Both the position numbers and the translations under genes were made by a program. A DNA stretch of 64,000 nt from NCBI GenBank assembly GCA_040954595.2, contig CM082586.2:6000509-6064508 (forward strand). The letters run 5' to 3'. Shown piece after piece: positions 1 to 14,760 of the stretch. The notes under the pieces are model-generated. The model had not been told where the DNA came from, searched no databases, and saw only the letters and a program-made list of their open reading frames with translations. Source of the DNA: Balanoglossus misakiensis. Its lineage: Eukaryota; Animalia; Hemichordata. Positions within the stretch are counted from its first letter, which is position 1. Every line of letters starts with the position of its first letter.

Positions 1-3000
1 AAGGGACACTTGTTAGTCACAACAATTCTGATTGGCGTCGGGGGATACATTCAGATAAAAAGATTTTTTGAATTGGTTGTATTTGCATCTTAAAGGACTC
101 TATCTCTCACCGATATCGAGCAGCCAATCTGTAGTAGATAGGTTATTGACAGTCATCTAAGATGTTATGATCATGTTCATATGCTGAGCATTGTGTGGAG
201 TGAGCAAGGCGAAAAAACACGTCTGGATTCTAGACCAGGTGGGAGTGAGCGACAACTAGTTCGGGGTTATACACTTGAGCAGACTATCTCTGTACGTTTT
301 AATATTAAACAGACAGATGATTGTAATTGCATAGCAGACAGGAAAGATAGCTTTCAAAGAAATGGTTTAGAATGAATTGACCCTGATTCGTTTTAATCTC
401 TAAACGTGCCCCGGGTGTCAATTCCCGCGTACAGTATATCGGCAACTTTCACGCGCCCCCCCCCCCTTCTCTTCTACATGACCTTACATCTTGGTATTTT
501 TCGTGTAGTATCCTAAAATGCCAAGTTTTCTGATAGTCAAAAAGTCATGTGTACCATTGTTATTGTTGACAAACACATATATCCCTACTTGATATTCAAT
601 ATAAAAACAATAACAATGCTGATTATGCAAACATGGTCTATGACGGAAAGATGAATACGGAGGACTCCACGACATATGCAAAACAGCGCTCGTCATGGTG
701 TAAATACGCATTATAACCTTCACGGAAATAACATGGTGCCATCCCCTCTAACAAATGTCAATATATTATCTGCTTTGTTTGTAATATAGAGCTAGTTACA
801 TTCATTTACCCGTTCAGTCAGAAATCAACGTTGTTACTGGAAAGGTTATTCGGGGGACAGAATTCAAAAAATGCCAGAATAGGCCTGCAAATTGTAAAAC
901 AGATGCATTTAAAAAAAGTCTTAAGAGAACTATCGCGGAAATGACGTAAAACTAAATCAGGCAATCTGATCGTTCAAGCTAATAAAATTACCAGTCCATG
1001 AGATGGAGAAAACATTAATGACATGACCGGCAATATCGTAAGTAACGGCACCAGCTGCCCCGGCGGAATGCATAAGCGTGCACCGATAAAATGCCGCACA
1101 CAACGCGAGTGCAAATCTCCTGTGTGATTTCACATTCTGTCAGTCACTGAACTGCTTGCCACGTATCGTCAACTTATTGAAACTCTGAGAGTCAGGAATC
1201 TGCGAAAGCAGTTACTCGTGTGAAATTGAATTCGTGCGACGGTTTGCAATTATCAAAACCAACTTCAGTAAAAGTGTGACCACAGCGCTATTTCACTGCG
1301 TATACTATTAGTTTCTCTTACCTTACGGTCATCACACGAATCCCCGGCGTTTACGTCAAGTGAGGTAGATATATCCTAAAACTGAGCTGAAGCCGATGGA
1401 CATTTTCTGGATGATTAAGAATTAATCACGGTTTAAAATTAAGGGTCATCCCTCCCGTCAAATACAAATCAAGTGAGATGATATAAAGTGCGGTCGCAAT
1501 GAGAAACCTTAGATGGTGTAGCTGGGGATGATAACATACGCCACTGATTCTTCCAACTGTGGTTAATGATCCGTGATTTTCGATCTTGAATTTGCTAAAA
1601 AAAATCGGAGGGAGGGGGATTATTTCAAGTGCGCCAGCTGTAGCAAGTCGCACGCAGCTGGTTCGTGTCTGTAATCGCATACGCATAGGCTGTTTTTGAT
1701 GTAGACTCAGGGGGAAAAAATCAATGTTGAATGCAATCACAAAGAAAAGATGGGGGCAGTTGCCATACTTTCCAAAGTGCGTGTTTTAGGGGAACGTCAC
1801 GCTATGATCATATTTCAAGTAACAATCAAACCGATATTGAGGTTCATTCTCACTAATGGGGCTGAGCGAACTAAGCATTATGAACTCGACAATGCTGCAC
1901 ATGCATTTTCACAAGATATGTTCAAACTAATTTCATGTTTTAAATGCATGAAGTATATACTGACAAAATACCGGACTATGAATAATTTTCCTGATTTGGA
2001 CTTGCAAGAGGGGTAAATTAACTCACAATCTTTGGCATTGTAATCTTAAATACAAAATGTATCATATCACAATATTTGGAGGAATGTTTATCAGCATGAT
2101 TTACTTCTACAAGACATGAGAGAGAGTATGCGAAGGTTAATTTGGTTAGTCCACAATGTAATCCTATTTACCATAAAAAATAATTGCCTATTTATACTTT
2201 TGATTCTACTTCTTACACCAAGACCGAGCAGATTTTTAGCACTTGCTTATTGCGCCCGGAAATTTCACTTTAACACTTTACGTGAACTCGTTGTCGGTGT
2301 AACCGAAATTTCCTGAATTTACCAGCTGAATCGGGAGATGATGATGAAATATCGTGCCAATGAATATAATGTCTAAACGAAACTGTGCGAGTCCCAAACC
2401 CGCCCTTTGCATCCAGTGTAACACGCCTGTCAACGTCAGCAACCCATTGCCACATATCATCTCAGCAACTTTGTCATCTACACCCACAATCACGTGACTG
2501 TTATTCAAGTTATTTTGGAAATTACAGAAGAAAAAATGTTGTCGTCGGAATATAGAGTGCCCGCAATTCAAGCCTATTCACATTGTTTTACTAACATCGT
2601 CATCACAGTAACCGCTGTTTCATCACGATGATAGTTTCGTACATTTATCATTTGTGATATCGCAAAGGTGACCTCTGCTAGAATTAGACACTGATGTTTT
2701 CATAACTATAAATATCGCCGTCGCCAATACAAAGTTACGGGAGCTATACATCACTGTGCGTGCCGTCAGCGGATAGCGTGACTTCTATAAAAAGTGCAGT
2801 TTGCCATGTTGTTGCGTGACGCGTCTCTCACAAGCTGGGATATTCATTTAGACGGTGCAAAATATTTATATTTGTCGGCGTTGGCGTTCGCTCTCCGCAA
2901 AGGGCATTTTTGTGTACTCGCTTGCGTCTCATGTCGGCTTACAGTAAAAGCGGGTTGCCAATCATGACACAGCTTGAATTATCCTCCCACGGAGGATATT

Positions 3001-3636
3001 CAACTATCATTTTCCACATGTGAGGCACGGTCAATCCACCCAACCATCCAACCACGAAAAAACTTTACCGCATCGTCATATGTTAAGATCGTTCGTAACA
3101 ATCACGCGATAAGTGTCCAAAAATTAAATAAAGTAGTTTTCGATTAATTTGACAAATTTCATCGAGAAATAAAATTTGAGTTTGAGAAAGACCGTTACCT
3201 ACAAGGTAAATACAAATATGAGAACTGTCGACGTGACGGTAAAATGTTCAAAATCTGAATGTAATGACCCCTGAAACGCAAAATCCCCGGATTAGAGAAT
3301 AAATGGTCCGTGGACACAGCATATGTTGGTACCTTTCCTTGGGGGTTCATAACGAGTTTTATAATCACGGAGCACCACTGCTTCTGAAGGCCATCGTGCG
3401 AGCAAAGCACAGCACGTGTGCGTTTTTGATTTCATTTCTGTTCATGCGACCATGACTTTATGAGCGAGCGAGCATAACCATGATAACTAAATCCCAGCGG
3501 AGTTTCAGCATCATGTGTGACTCAAGGTTAGCGACAGAAATATAATAATGGAAGTTGAACGCCCGAAACATCGTTCTCTGTTCGTCACGGGGTGCGCAAC
3601 AGATGGAAAATAATTCACATTCTGTGCTGTTTATTT

Positions 3637-3687
3637 CATTCGTTCGTTCGTTCGTTCGTTCGTTCGTTCACTCATTCATTCATTCAT
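3637..3687. repeat. (TTCG)n/(TTCA)n microsatellite
   Basis: Directly visible. Confidence 0.9.
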
Positions 3688-6313
3688 CGTGTAATAATTT
3701 GGTGGCCGAAATGGTGGTATATAAATATTTGCAGATATATATTAGTTGCAAACTTGCCAACACCATGCTCGTCGTTTTGTTAGAGTTGAAACAGTTATGT
3801 CCCAGTCATGGTACATGGGTGTATCAGTGATGCTGCATTCCTGCTCCAATGTGGTTGTTACGGAGCTGCAGCAACCGTGATACAACCCAGCATTGCTGTG
3901 ACAGTGTTGCAGCATACCTGCAGATTACGGCTATGCTGCATGATGAGGTGACTCGACAATTGCATTGCTGTCCTGCAGAGCTGCTACAACACAGGCTTGC
4001 AACAGAACTACTGAACGCGTCTGTCTGTCTACACATGTCATGTAGGCGACAGCAGCAATCAACGCTTCAGCATTTCCAGGTGACGCTCATCAGAAACAGC
4101 ATATTGAATCGTCTGTGCCATAAAATTCTGGCCTACAAATGGCTAATATCAGTAGAACAGTTGGTTAATCACACACACACTCGGGATGACTAAGGAGCGC
4201 AAACACCAACTTTGCTACTTACTCTGCCAATTTGACGTGGACTCCCCTCTTACACACCGACGGCAGATGACCAGCAACTGCTATGGGTATCCCGGTGTAA
4301 ATGTAGGCAGAAAACTTCTAATTTTAGACACGTGTCATGCATGCGTTGCTGGCTTATGTCAGTGATAAATAACGGCGTCAATAAAACTGAACGCGAGTAA
4401 GACCTTACCGTTCCTGTGGCAGAACATAAAAAAAAGATAAATGGGAAATGTTACAGCGAGGGAAAAGAATATATTACGTAAGAAAAACTATCTTTGGCCG
4501 CCAATCTTCATGTGCCCCCGGCTTTGTGTTTAGTGTACGTTTTCGTTCAACCTTAAAATTAAATCTCGCGCTATATTATGTAGATGTCTGATGAGAAGTG
4601 TTACCAAATTATCACGAGCCAGTGATTTCTAATCGGGTCTTGATTGCCCTAGTGTCCGGGACTGAACTATATTGTCCCGATTCATCAATGGGACTGTAAT
4701 TCATAGTGAGCTGACGCGGCTGGGGAGCTTTCGATTATTGCGAGGGGGTCGGAGGAATCAGGCATCGTTTTTTGAGAAACGTGTCAAAATTGGGTAGAGA
4801 TGTATGCGGATATTTTGGTCTATCGATCGACGAGCGCAAGTCAGCCGGGACATATACATGTAACGAGCCGATCACAATAAAAGGAAAGTATTGTACATCT
4901 GGCACCGAGAACAATAGAATTTAGCGTGCACTAAAAAAGCCGTACGGAACGGTACGTACGGAACGCATGTTAAATACGCCTTAAGTTTCAAGGCGCCCCA
5001 ACTCACTGTGTACAGGTATGTGCTGTTATGTGGACGGTTTCAAGACACCCCACTCCAACGCACGTAAACAAAAAAGAAAGATGGCTGCTCACTGAGTCAA
5101 CTGAGCGGTTTTCGATCGATTGTATCGGCATTTTGAAAGCCAAGTAACATGCAACACAAGAACCAACGGAGATGTAAGATGTATAATAATAAGGTTAGGC
5201 CTATTACAAAAAAACCCGCAAATTATGCACTCGGACATTAGCGCAGCGCATCGCCCTCCGCTACGCATCGGGCGATACTCGGCGCTAATGTCCTCGTAAA
5301 TACTTTGCGGTATTTACGTAATAACCTCATAGTATTCTCACCTCATCGCGCACAGAATCGTCACCGAACCTCAACGCGATGAAATGAAAACTGTACAGAA
5401 CGCCCTGGCAGCGATCTCGTAAATCTACCGCGGAGTTTACCATTAGAGACAGCGGGAATAGTGTGATACAGCTATCGAATTATGAAAGATGCCATAAAGA
5501 GTGAACTTAATTTCTTACTTGATGTAAATTGTCAATTAATTTCTTGATGAAAAATCATTTCGCGACAACAAATGCTCAGAGATTATAAACTGTAGTATAA
5601 ATCATATTGATTACGGGGCTAATTTCCCCGAAGATTCAATCACGCGTCAGTCTTGCTGCAGCTGTGTTGAGCATCATCTTAGCCTATATGAAAATTTCAA
5701 CGTGACTGTACAAGAAGCCACGTCTGGCACATTCCTATGTGCGTTTGTTGAATCTGGAAATTAATCGACCTATCGCTTTCTCTGTAATTACTAAAGTCCC
5801 CCGCGCGTCTGTGAAGAGATGCACACACGTCTCCACGGCTGAACGATAGAGCTCTGTGTGCGTTCAATCAAGCAAAACTGTTTGTGAATGTTGTTTTATT
5901 ACTTGTCACCCAGGTCACGCTCTTCAAATGTTTTGTTGGTCCTAGGTCTCTCTGTCAGTATAGAGAACGGATATACATGTAGTACGCGAAATCGACATGT
6001 ACCACAACATGTACAGATTAACTGTTAACTCTTCTATAAAAGGCCATGAATGACATGGGCAGTTTTTCGTTGGATACTCAAGACCTCAAAACCATACTTT
6101 ACACCCTGCCCATTTCAGGGGGAGGAAGGGGAGGGGGGGGGGGGCTTTGAAGAGACCGTGTAACGTCTCTTTACAATTGTTGTCACAATGATCTCAGTAG
6201 AGCCTGGGGTTGGATTAGCGAATGCGTGGAAAAGATATAGTTAACAGTAGTATCCTCTATTATATCGTGTCTCACATGAAACAATATCACTTTAATGAGC
6301 ACTACTGTAGAAC

Positions 6314-6394
6314 TAGCCTAGTCCTAGCCATATTTTGTCCGCTTTGCTTTGCTTTGAAAGCAAAGCGGACAAAATACGCCGAGGTACTAGGCTA
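6314..6394. repeat. Palindromic hairpin element with a perfect 20-bp stem
   Basis: TATTTTGTCCGCTTTGCTTT (6331-6350) pairs with AAAGCAAAGCGGACAAAATA (6357-6376); outer arms TAGCCTAGT/ACTAGGCTA. Confidence 0.85.
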
Positions 6395-9300
6395 CTGCAG
6401 AACAGACCCATGGCGAGATTTGAAAGGTCATTCCTGTATAAATTCGTTCCGCATTCAACATTCCGTACAACTGTTTGCAATGGGACATATACTCACTCGC
6501 TATGGTAATACCGGTAACTGATGGAATCAGACCATCAGATATTACAGACTATAAACAGGGCCAATTTAGTTTAAAATATGCTGTTGCTGTAATATTACTC
6601 CAATCATTTCAATATTACTGTATGCATAATTGACTTCAAGGGACAACACCGCGCCATGTTGCTTCCGTGTCGTGTACGGCTTTACCCTGGATGATAGGCA
6701 ATTAATAAGGGAAGCTAGACTCTGGGGTAATAAGGTCTGTGGAATATGAGGGAAAAATGGCTAGATTCAGAGCTAAAAATTATGTATAAGTGTTACGATG
6801 TCTGACTCCCCGTTGGGGAATCGGTGCCGAGCGGAACCGTTGTACTTGGGGAGCTTACGTAATAGAGGAGCGTGACCTGTTGACCTGTTTATTACTGCTA
6901 CCCCAGGTGTTAGACTACCGATGATTCTCAGGTGCCGTGATCTTGTTCTGACTGAACACGTGCCTTCAGAAATGCTCTTGAATAATTTCTCATACATTGT
7001 AATTGGACTCTAAGCACTTTCATTGTATACCGATTAAAATGCAGTTTGTAATAAGTCCCTTAATTAAAATACAATGTACGGTAATCACATATGATGAGAT
7101 GGCACGATTTTGACTCGTAAAATGATATTCATTCTCTTTAAATATTTTGATGGGGACATTAACTTTCATCTTGAAAGCTTAGTGCTATGTTGACAAGCAG
7201 AGTACCCGGTATATTAGCATGCTGTTTGGAGTAGAACAAGAAATTGCGTTTTGGACCACAGAACAAAATACTGAAAATGAAGCCAGAATTTACAATAATG
7301 TCCGTTTAAGTAATAATTCATTAAAGAATCGTACAGTTCAATGTCCCTTCGTTCATCAATCTTATCTTCTAAACATTCGATGCTTACAATCAGCTTCATT
7401 TGAGCGATCATCTCTGCAAATGTTGCAATTTCTGCCTGTGTGTACTTCCTACATTCTTACCGTAAATCTTCAAAAGTGTATAGCCGCAGAACTTTTAAAC
7501 GCCGCTCGTGAGTACACGAGGCTTCATACGAACCCTAAGTGGACAGCAAGGGTAGGCCTGGGACTTCTTGTGTTAATGACCGCCTTCAAGTCAAGATACT
7601 CGCAATGTAAAATCCAGTGTAGCATTTCCCATCCATCCAGGACTTGAGATGTATCTACAATAGTCAGGTATAGCTGTACGCCGGGGTTATTTTAGAAATC
7701 GTGCTTGGACTCACGTCTCTCTACGTTGATGAATTTCCCACTTTTCCCCTGCGAACCTCGAGGAATCGACTGTTTGCTATTAAGCCATAAAATAACAGTA
7801 CATGTAAATGTAAATTAGTTGTGGGAATCTAATTAGACCATCAATAAAGCTGGGCGTGAATCCTCGGTGTTTGTAGTAACGGCGCGGGTCTCGTTTGAAA
7901 AGAAAACAACGTCAAATTTGAAAGTTATTAGGCCAATTTGGTGTTGAAATATTGATGGATTTCATCAAAGATGTACGATGCAGCCAAATGGCGAAAGGAC
8001 CACGTGATCGCCAAGATTTGCAAGTTTGGGGCAACACATTCCAACATAGATATATTGCTCTGTCTCCGTTGTACCCATGGCAGTCACTCTGGCGTTCAAT
8101 GTACGTGAAGCTATCTATATTTCTTCACTGATTAGTTGCCGCTTATTTCATTTAGTTTGATATAGCGAGCCGTAATTAGGATTACGTGCATAACTCCAAT
8201 GAGAGAATAACTTGCATAATCAAAGTAGGAGCATTGAATATGTATGAGGTGGTGTCGATGTAAATGCCAAAAATGAATATATATCAGAAGCTCTGCCGCG
8301 TAACCATTATGTTAATCGTTTCACCTTTCAACTCTCTCTCTCTGTCTCTATCTCTCTGTCTCTGCCCGCTCTCTGTCTGTCTGTCTGTCTGTGTGTGTGC
8401 GTGTCTCTCTCTCTCCTTATCTCTGTGCTAAATCTGCTAAAATAACAAAACGATTGCCACTCATAATCATTTTACAGGAAAAGTATGTTCATTTATTTAT
8501 TTTCACTTAAAATTGCTCAGACTGGAACAGAAACTGCCTTAGCTCCCCCACTGTCTATTGTCACAGATGCGCAAGAAAAATATGGGTTCTTGAAAGTTCA
8601 AAAGTCAATCATGGATGATTCCCCCGCCAAACAATATGTCCATCAATGTATAGGTTCAGAAACACTTTGGATATGGTTTGGGGTTGCATCAACACATTGT
8701 CGGTTTATTATTCAGCAGATAGACTGAAATAGCTTGGCACATGTTTACGCAAATACGGGTGTAACGCCTACACCAGTAAACGCAGATTGACATTTTCCGG
8801 TTATTGACTCAACGATTGTAATATCAGGGTTTTGTCTCACACTGTCATTGTAACAGCTGTCTCCTTTTAGACTGAACGGATTGTCTGAACCTAAATTTAA
8901 TTTGCATGGTGTTTACAGGTGTCACCAGTCTATGAAGAATATTTAAATTATTAGCGATTTCCATGAAAACAAGATGGTGAACACCCAGTTTTCTTCGCTA
9001 CTTTCAGCCAGGTTCCCCACACTCTATAACATAGTAAAGAACTGAAAAGACTGGTGGACAATAATTATTAATACGATAAATGTTCATAATATAGCAGATG
9101 TAGGGATATAAAATCAACAAAATGTCACATTGTATAAAAAACAGCTTTGTGAAAGATGATCTATATTTATACCTTCACCGTATTTTAACTTTACATATTA
9201 TACGTTGGACCAACTTTAATAGTGGTAATGGCAGTGTCCGGCAATTGTCTTTTTGTCTTTAAATTTAAAGCATTTAGTACTCAGATGAAATTCCATGGAT

Positions 9301-9765
9301 TGCTTATTCTTGGACGCGGAATTCAGAGAGACATAGGGTAAACATTAATTGCGAAATTGCAACAGTATGTTTTCCGCTATATCTGCGCTTGTCTCAAGGC
9401 ATTGCGTAAAGTTTTGTTGGCTCTTGGTGCAGGTGTTTCCAATGGTTGCAAAGTGTGAGTTCAGTTTCCCAGGACAGTCATCCAATTAAAAATCAAAACA
9501 ATGGTCACGTGATCTGACGACTGAGCCTCGGTTCCAGTTTGTATGGCGGCAGCCCAGCTGTATCCTGCAACTGAGACACGTGATCTGAGGCCACAATGCG
9601 GTCAGTTGAGGAACTTCTCGCTGTAGGAATGTCTCGGAATAAATGGCCCGAGAACAGCCTAAAATGCAAGAGATATAATAATGGAACTTGCATAATTATG
9701 GCAGTTCATTGTTAAGGTCTGAATTTTCCGCCATATCTCTTTTAGGTGGAAGTCGAGATCGTTGC

Positions 9766-11515
9766 TTACACCGACACCTTCCCGGTCCCGTCTTTCGACG
9801 CACGTGTTTTCATGGTGTGAACGAGAGCCGAACTCCGCCATTGTGATCTCCTTCGCATGTCCGACGACATGGTCTTGAAGCTAGAGATCTCCTTGACGGA
9901 GGAGTTGACTTTGAATCGTTTGACCGCACGTCGACAGGTTAGGAACATGCGGCACATATCTCTCTGAGGGAAAGAAAAAAATAATTGGATCATTTTATTA
10001 ATATATGAGGGCGACACTATCTACTAGGACAACTCATGAACGCACAGTTTTCATACATACCCTGAACCTGTCACTTATGAAGACATACATTATTGGGTTG
10101 AGTATGGAGTCTGAGATAATCATCCATATGAGCACACACGCTCTCGTTACCATGGTTTCTTTCGGGTTATATATTAAATACTCTGGCTTATACGTTAGTA
10201 CGATGTTGTAGAGGTGCAGTGGAAGCCAGCTGACAGCGAATAACACCACGGCTGATATCAAGGTGGTCATTGCCTTCAAAGAAAAAGAAAATAACTAATG
10301 TAAACATGTGTTTGTCAATTAAGGAATAGGGAGATGTATTCAAAAAGGGTATAGCCCAGTGTCTGTAAAGGCAGGAGAGATGTCAGGCTTGTGAAACTTG
10401 TACAGTGACCATAATAATCCATTCCAACATGTGTTACTGATATTTGAACCGTCAGTGACTATTCCAATTACTAATGGATTGGACGTGGTGTTTCGTACAC
10501 GCGAAATTACGCACATGTGCATGAGACGATCGTTCGATGCAGTCCCAGTATTACTTGTAAGCTCACCTTTCTCTTTACTTTGGCCTGGCGTTTATCCCCC
10601 GTTCGTTCAGGGGCTCCCGGTACCTTCCGCCTCCACACTTTGACTGCAGCGCGGATATAACAGACGCCGAGGATCAGAAGGGGCACCATGTACGTGGAGA
10701 GGAAGATGGCCCACACGAAGGCTTCTTTGAAGTCGATGGCGGTCGACGAGGGCCAGATAGCCCGGCACTGGCGAATCGTGCCATTGCTATAGGTCGGGTA
10801 CGTTGTCACGGAATGGTAGATGTAATACGGACAGCATATGAAGGCCGCTGATATCCAAATGAGCGTCACAACAAAGATTTTCTTCTTCGGAGAAAGTTTT
10901 TCTTTGAACGGGTACATGATGGCGCGGTATCTGTCTAGACAGATGGCTGCCAACGTAAATATGCTGACGACCTCTGATACCTGAAAGAATGAAAAATCTT
11001 GAAACCAAATGCCATCATATTTTCAATAGTCTCAGATGTTGGTTGTAATTTTTGCTCAAAGCAACTACAATACAATACAATACAATACAATATTAGTATA
11101 CTACATGTATTACCTTAAGTGTAAAAAGTGCCAGTCTACAGATGACGTCACCAAATATCCACTCCCCAATCAATATGTGTGAAAAGATGAAAGGCACACA
11201 TATCAAACTCAGGCTCCAATCAGAGATGGCCAAGTTCAAAATAAACGTATTGAAGGAGGTTTTCCCGTTCTTTGCACACGTGATGGTGACGAACACCACG
11301 ATGTTTCCCACTGCCGAGATGATGACGCCGAGTGTGAACACGACGGCCAGTGTCTTGACCGCGCCTGCGTTCAGCCGGAGTGCCACGTATAGGTATTCGT
11401 AGTCATAGATGTAGCTGTAGCTGTAGCTGCTGTAGTCTGGGCTGCTGTCGTCACTGAAATTTGACTGAGGAGCGGTTTGCGTCGGTGCATATCCAATCAT
11501 CGGCCCGGCTGCCAT
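9766..11515 (-). CDS. Class A (rhodopsin-like) GPCR, peptide/neuropeptide-receptor-like; exons 11515-11114, 10980-10567, 10273-10061, 9963-9766
   Basis: The spliced ORF has GN (TM1), NLAISD (TM2), C at the start of TM3, DRY, SWLP (TM6) and NPIMY (TM7). All three introns are GT-AG, phase 0, and keep the frame. Confidence 0.92.
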
Positions 11516-14500
11516 TACTATAACCAAAACAAAAGAGAGCAAAATGATGACATTTTGTCAAATCAACATTCTGCTAAGAAAAACAAAATTCCAAGCAGAG
11601 CCCGAACGCAGTTGCGTGTGATTTCGTAACAGCCCTACCAGAAGCGAATGTGGTTGATACAGTCACGTAGACTGCCCACGACGCGACTGTCCGTCGATCA
11701 ACTGACTATAACAAGATCGTCAACTCTCGGCTCTGCCTATAGTCGCAACCAATGATGCTATGACGTAAACACATGATCTGTCCGGTGCTACTGGTAGATA
11801 CACAAACATGTACCAGCGTAAATGGAATCATATTGGTGTCAACAAATGAATTTCATGAATAGTATCAACCAGTCATTAATTAAGTAAGTGGGGTCATAGT
11901 ACGCCTATCAATCAATCAATCCATCAATCAATCAATCACGCTAATGGTTTAGTCCCGCGAGTACAATTGGAAGGCAACGAGAGAATCTTCAAAATTGTCC
12001 ATGTCTGAGGCTTTGTTGCGTACGTGTTCACACGCGGGAGATAATTATAAATCGATTGTTGTCCGTCCGTGTGTTTGTCCTGAAGTGTGTGGTTTCTGCC
12101 TGTCTGTGTGTCTCTATGTAAGTCCGGGTGTGTGTGTCAGTCTGTGCGCGTGTGTATCTCTATGTCCGTCCGTCTGTCTGTCTGTCTGTCTGTCTGTCTG
12201 TGTCATTGATATCTCGTGAACAGCTTGTTAGATTTCAAATTTGGTGGACGGATATTAGTGGTGGCCAAGGCTTGTATTTAATGAGGCTATCAAAGATCAG
12301 TCGCTGCAATCCAAAATGTAAATCAATTGCTTGCCGTTACTCGATATGTAGGTTGAGTAGGTATGTAGGTAGGGAGGGGGGAGGGAGGGGGAGGGAAGGA
12401 GGATGGATGGTTGGTTGGTTGGTTGGATGGTTTTCGTGTGAGGAACGTTTTCGCCTAAGGTGTAGGCAGGTGTGGAAATTTGTTTTTCCTCAACCTATTT
12501 CGCATTTGGAAAGAATTTGCTTCCAAAAGTAGGTGACGGCCAAATCAAGTAAACTTTATGTTACGCAAACTCGTGCGCATTTCTTTTTATTAGCAAAATG
12601 CAGTAGAGATCGCGCATCTGTCTGGTGCAGTGCCCTCAACGGCACGTTTTAGTCTTGAATTCAAGCAACGTGGTTTCTACTTTGCCGCTTCAGCCTCCTT
12701 TGTTTTTCTTTCCGTTTGAAAAGTGAAGAAAAAATCGCTATGTGCAAGTTGTATGCAGATGCTGGTCACTGACGCTATGCGGTCAGGCTTGAAACAACGC
12801 CTCAGGTAAACCCAGCTGTTAAACGGATAAATCGTACACCCATAGGGTACGCTTCACTGAAAAAAAGTTAGCATAATGACTTTGTCACGCGTCATTATTT
12901 TTTTTTTAATCTGGCCAATTTCTTATGTACCCGGTTGAAATCTCTTTACTGTGTCTTATGCAAAGCACCTACATGTGCCACCAATGATGAGAGACCAACA
13001 TTTGGGTTCACTCGCGTGGGCTGTAAAGAAAAGCTGTTCGATTTGATCTCAAACCTCGCCTCACCCCTCCCCCTCCAAATTCCGATCACTTAGCGCAATA
13101 CAGGCAAAATTACACCGGAAAATACTGGGAATAGGAACACATACTGTGATTTTTTACTTGTTTTAAAGGAAATGTCTCGTTGAGGGAGCAAACATGACTT
13201 AGGCCGATTCGGTAAAGACTTCGGATATTGTCACGGTTCTTTTATCGACATGCACGATGACATACGGAGTTGTTTTTTTATAATTTTTCAAATGAATCGT
13301 CCACTACTTGCATGAGTTGGACATCGTAGAATAAGGAATATATTTGTAGCGGAGAAGGTCCATTCAGCATGGACGATGTAGACAGTCAGAGATTTCAACT
13401 TACCTGAATATGCACATGTGAATCGTCTGGAAAACGTTGTTGCCGTTGCTGACAATTCCAGCTGAATGAGTGAATGGTGCTGATAATTTCTTTAAGACGC
13501 GGTGTGGGGTTAGCGTCATACCAAAGAACTACAGACTGTGTAATGAATTGAAAACAAGGCCCTATATAAAGTTGAAATACCAAAGGGTCAAAGGTTATTC
13601 ATTGCTAACACAGCTGCCGGTCAGGGGCTACAAAAACTCCATCTACCTTCACCCGGTATGTTTGAAGCTTTTGTGATTTATAGGACAAAGATTATCAAAG
13701 CCCAATCTAACGCCTGCATGGCTGTCACTTTATTAAGTGTTAACGACAAACCAATAATTCACTCTTCTACTTGTATTTAGACCATGAACGAAATCTTTTG
13801 GAATGTTGTGATAATGATTACAAGCAGGTGCGCATACCACGATAGTTGAACACCCTTGCAAAGGGAAGCTGAATAAATTAAACGGGTGCGACACCCGTTT
13901 ATTATTTATAAGGACAACGTAGCCCTTTTGACATTATGAATTGTTATTCTGTTCGTTGAATCGTCTTGAATGGCTGGCTCTCTCAGCTCAACTCAACGTT
14001 TTACATGTGTGATGTAGCACACGGGTTAGTCTTTTATTTAATTTTGGTCAATACTCAATATTAAATATTCAAATTTGATTCCTATGGTGTGTCGATTTGT
14101 GACAACCCGCCGTTGAGCTCAAACAGAGAGTATTACTAATAAAGAAACAAAATAAAATAAATTGCTCAAAAATATAAAATGAAATTCCGAAACAAAACCA
14201 TAGTGCTCAGCTTTTGCGCCTGGAAAAAACCATAGATAGAAGTGTCGTTTTCTCTTTCGTGTATTTGCCTGATGAATTTACGACCTCTGGACGTTGAGGG
14301 TTGGGGTTCGTGGCATGAGAGGTTACAGGGGGATACGGCTGTCAACCATGTGAGACAGAATCTTCCCTTGTTTCTTTTCTACTACGGGAACAACCACAGA
14401 CCCTTGGGTCTGTGGAACAACCCACGCATAACTCGTTTCCGCCGAATCTAGTCCGCGTTGAACTCTTAAGTGCGTACCTAAAGTGTTTTGACGAGACGAT

Positions 14501-14760
14501 AGTATAGCGAATGAAAGGGGGAAAGTACACTATTTTCCATTTGCCGATTGATTGTTAAATAAACATGTCCCTCTGAGTGTATCATGAATAGAAACACGAA
14601 TTCTGCTCCATCAGTGCAATCCGATATGTGGGCGCATCTAATGCGTTTTTCTGTTGGGTGCTATTGAATAATTTGTGGTGTTAAATGAAAAAAAATTTGG
14701 CTTTTACAGACTGCGTGACTTACAAGCGTACATCCTTGGGCGTCACAGAAGTGACAGAGT

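Noticed and set aside
1-9500. Numerous short ORFs (60-142 aa), including 3849-4193 and 7219-7647
   Set aside because: No recognisable motifs or consistent splice chain. The 3830-4080 region is a GCTGCA-rich degenerate repeat.
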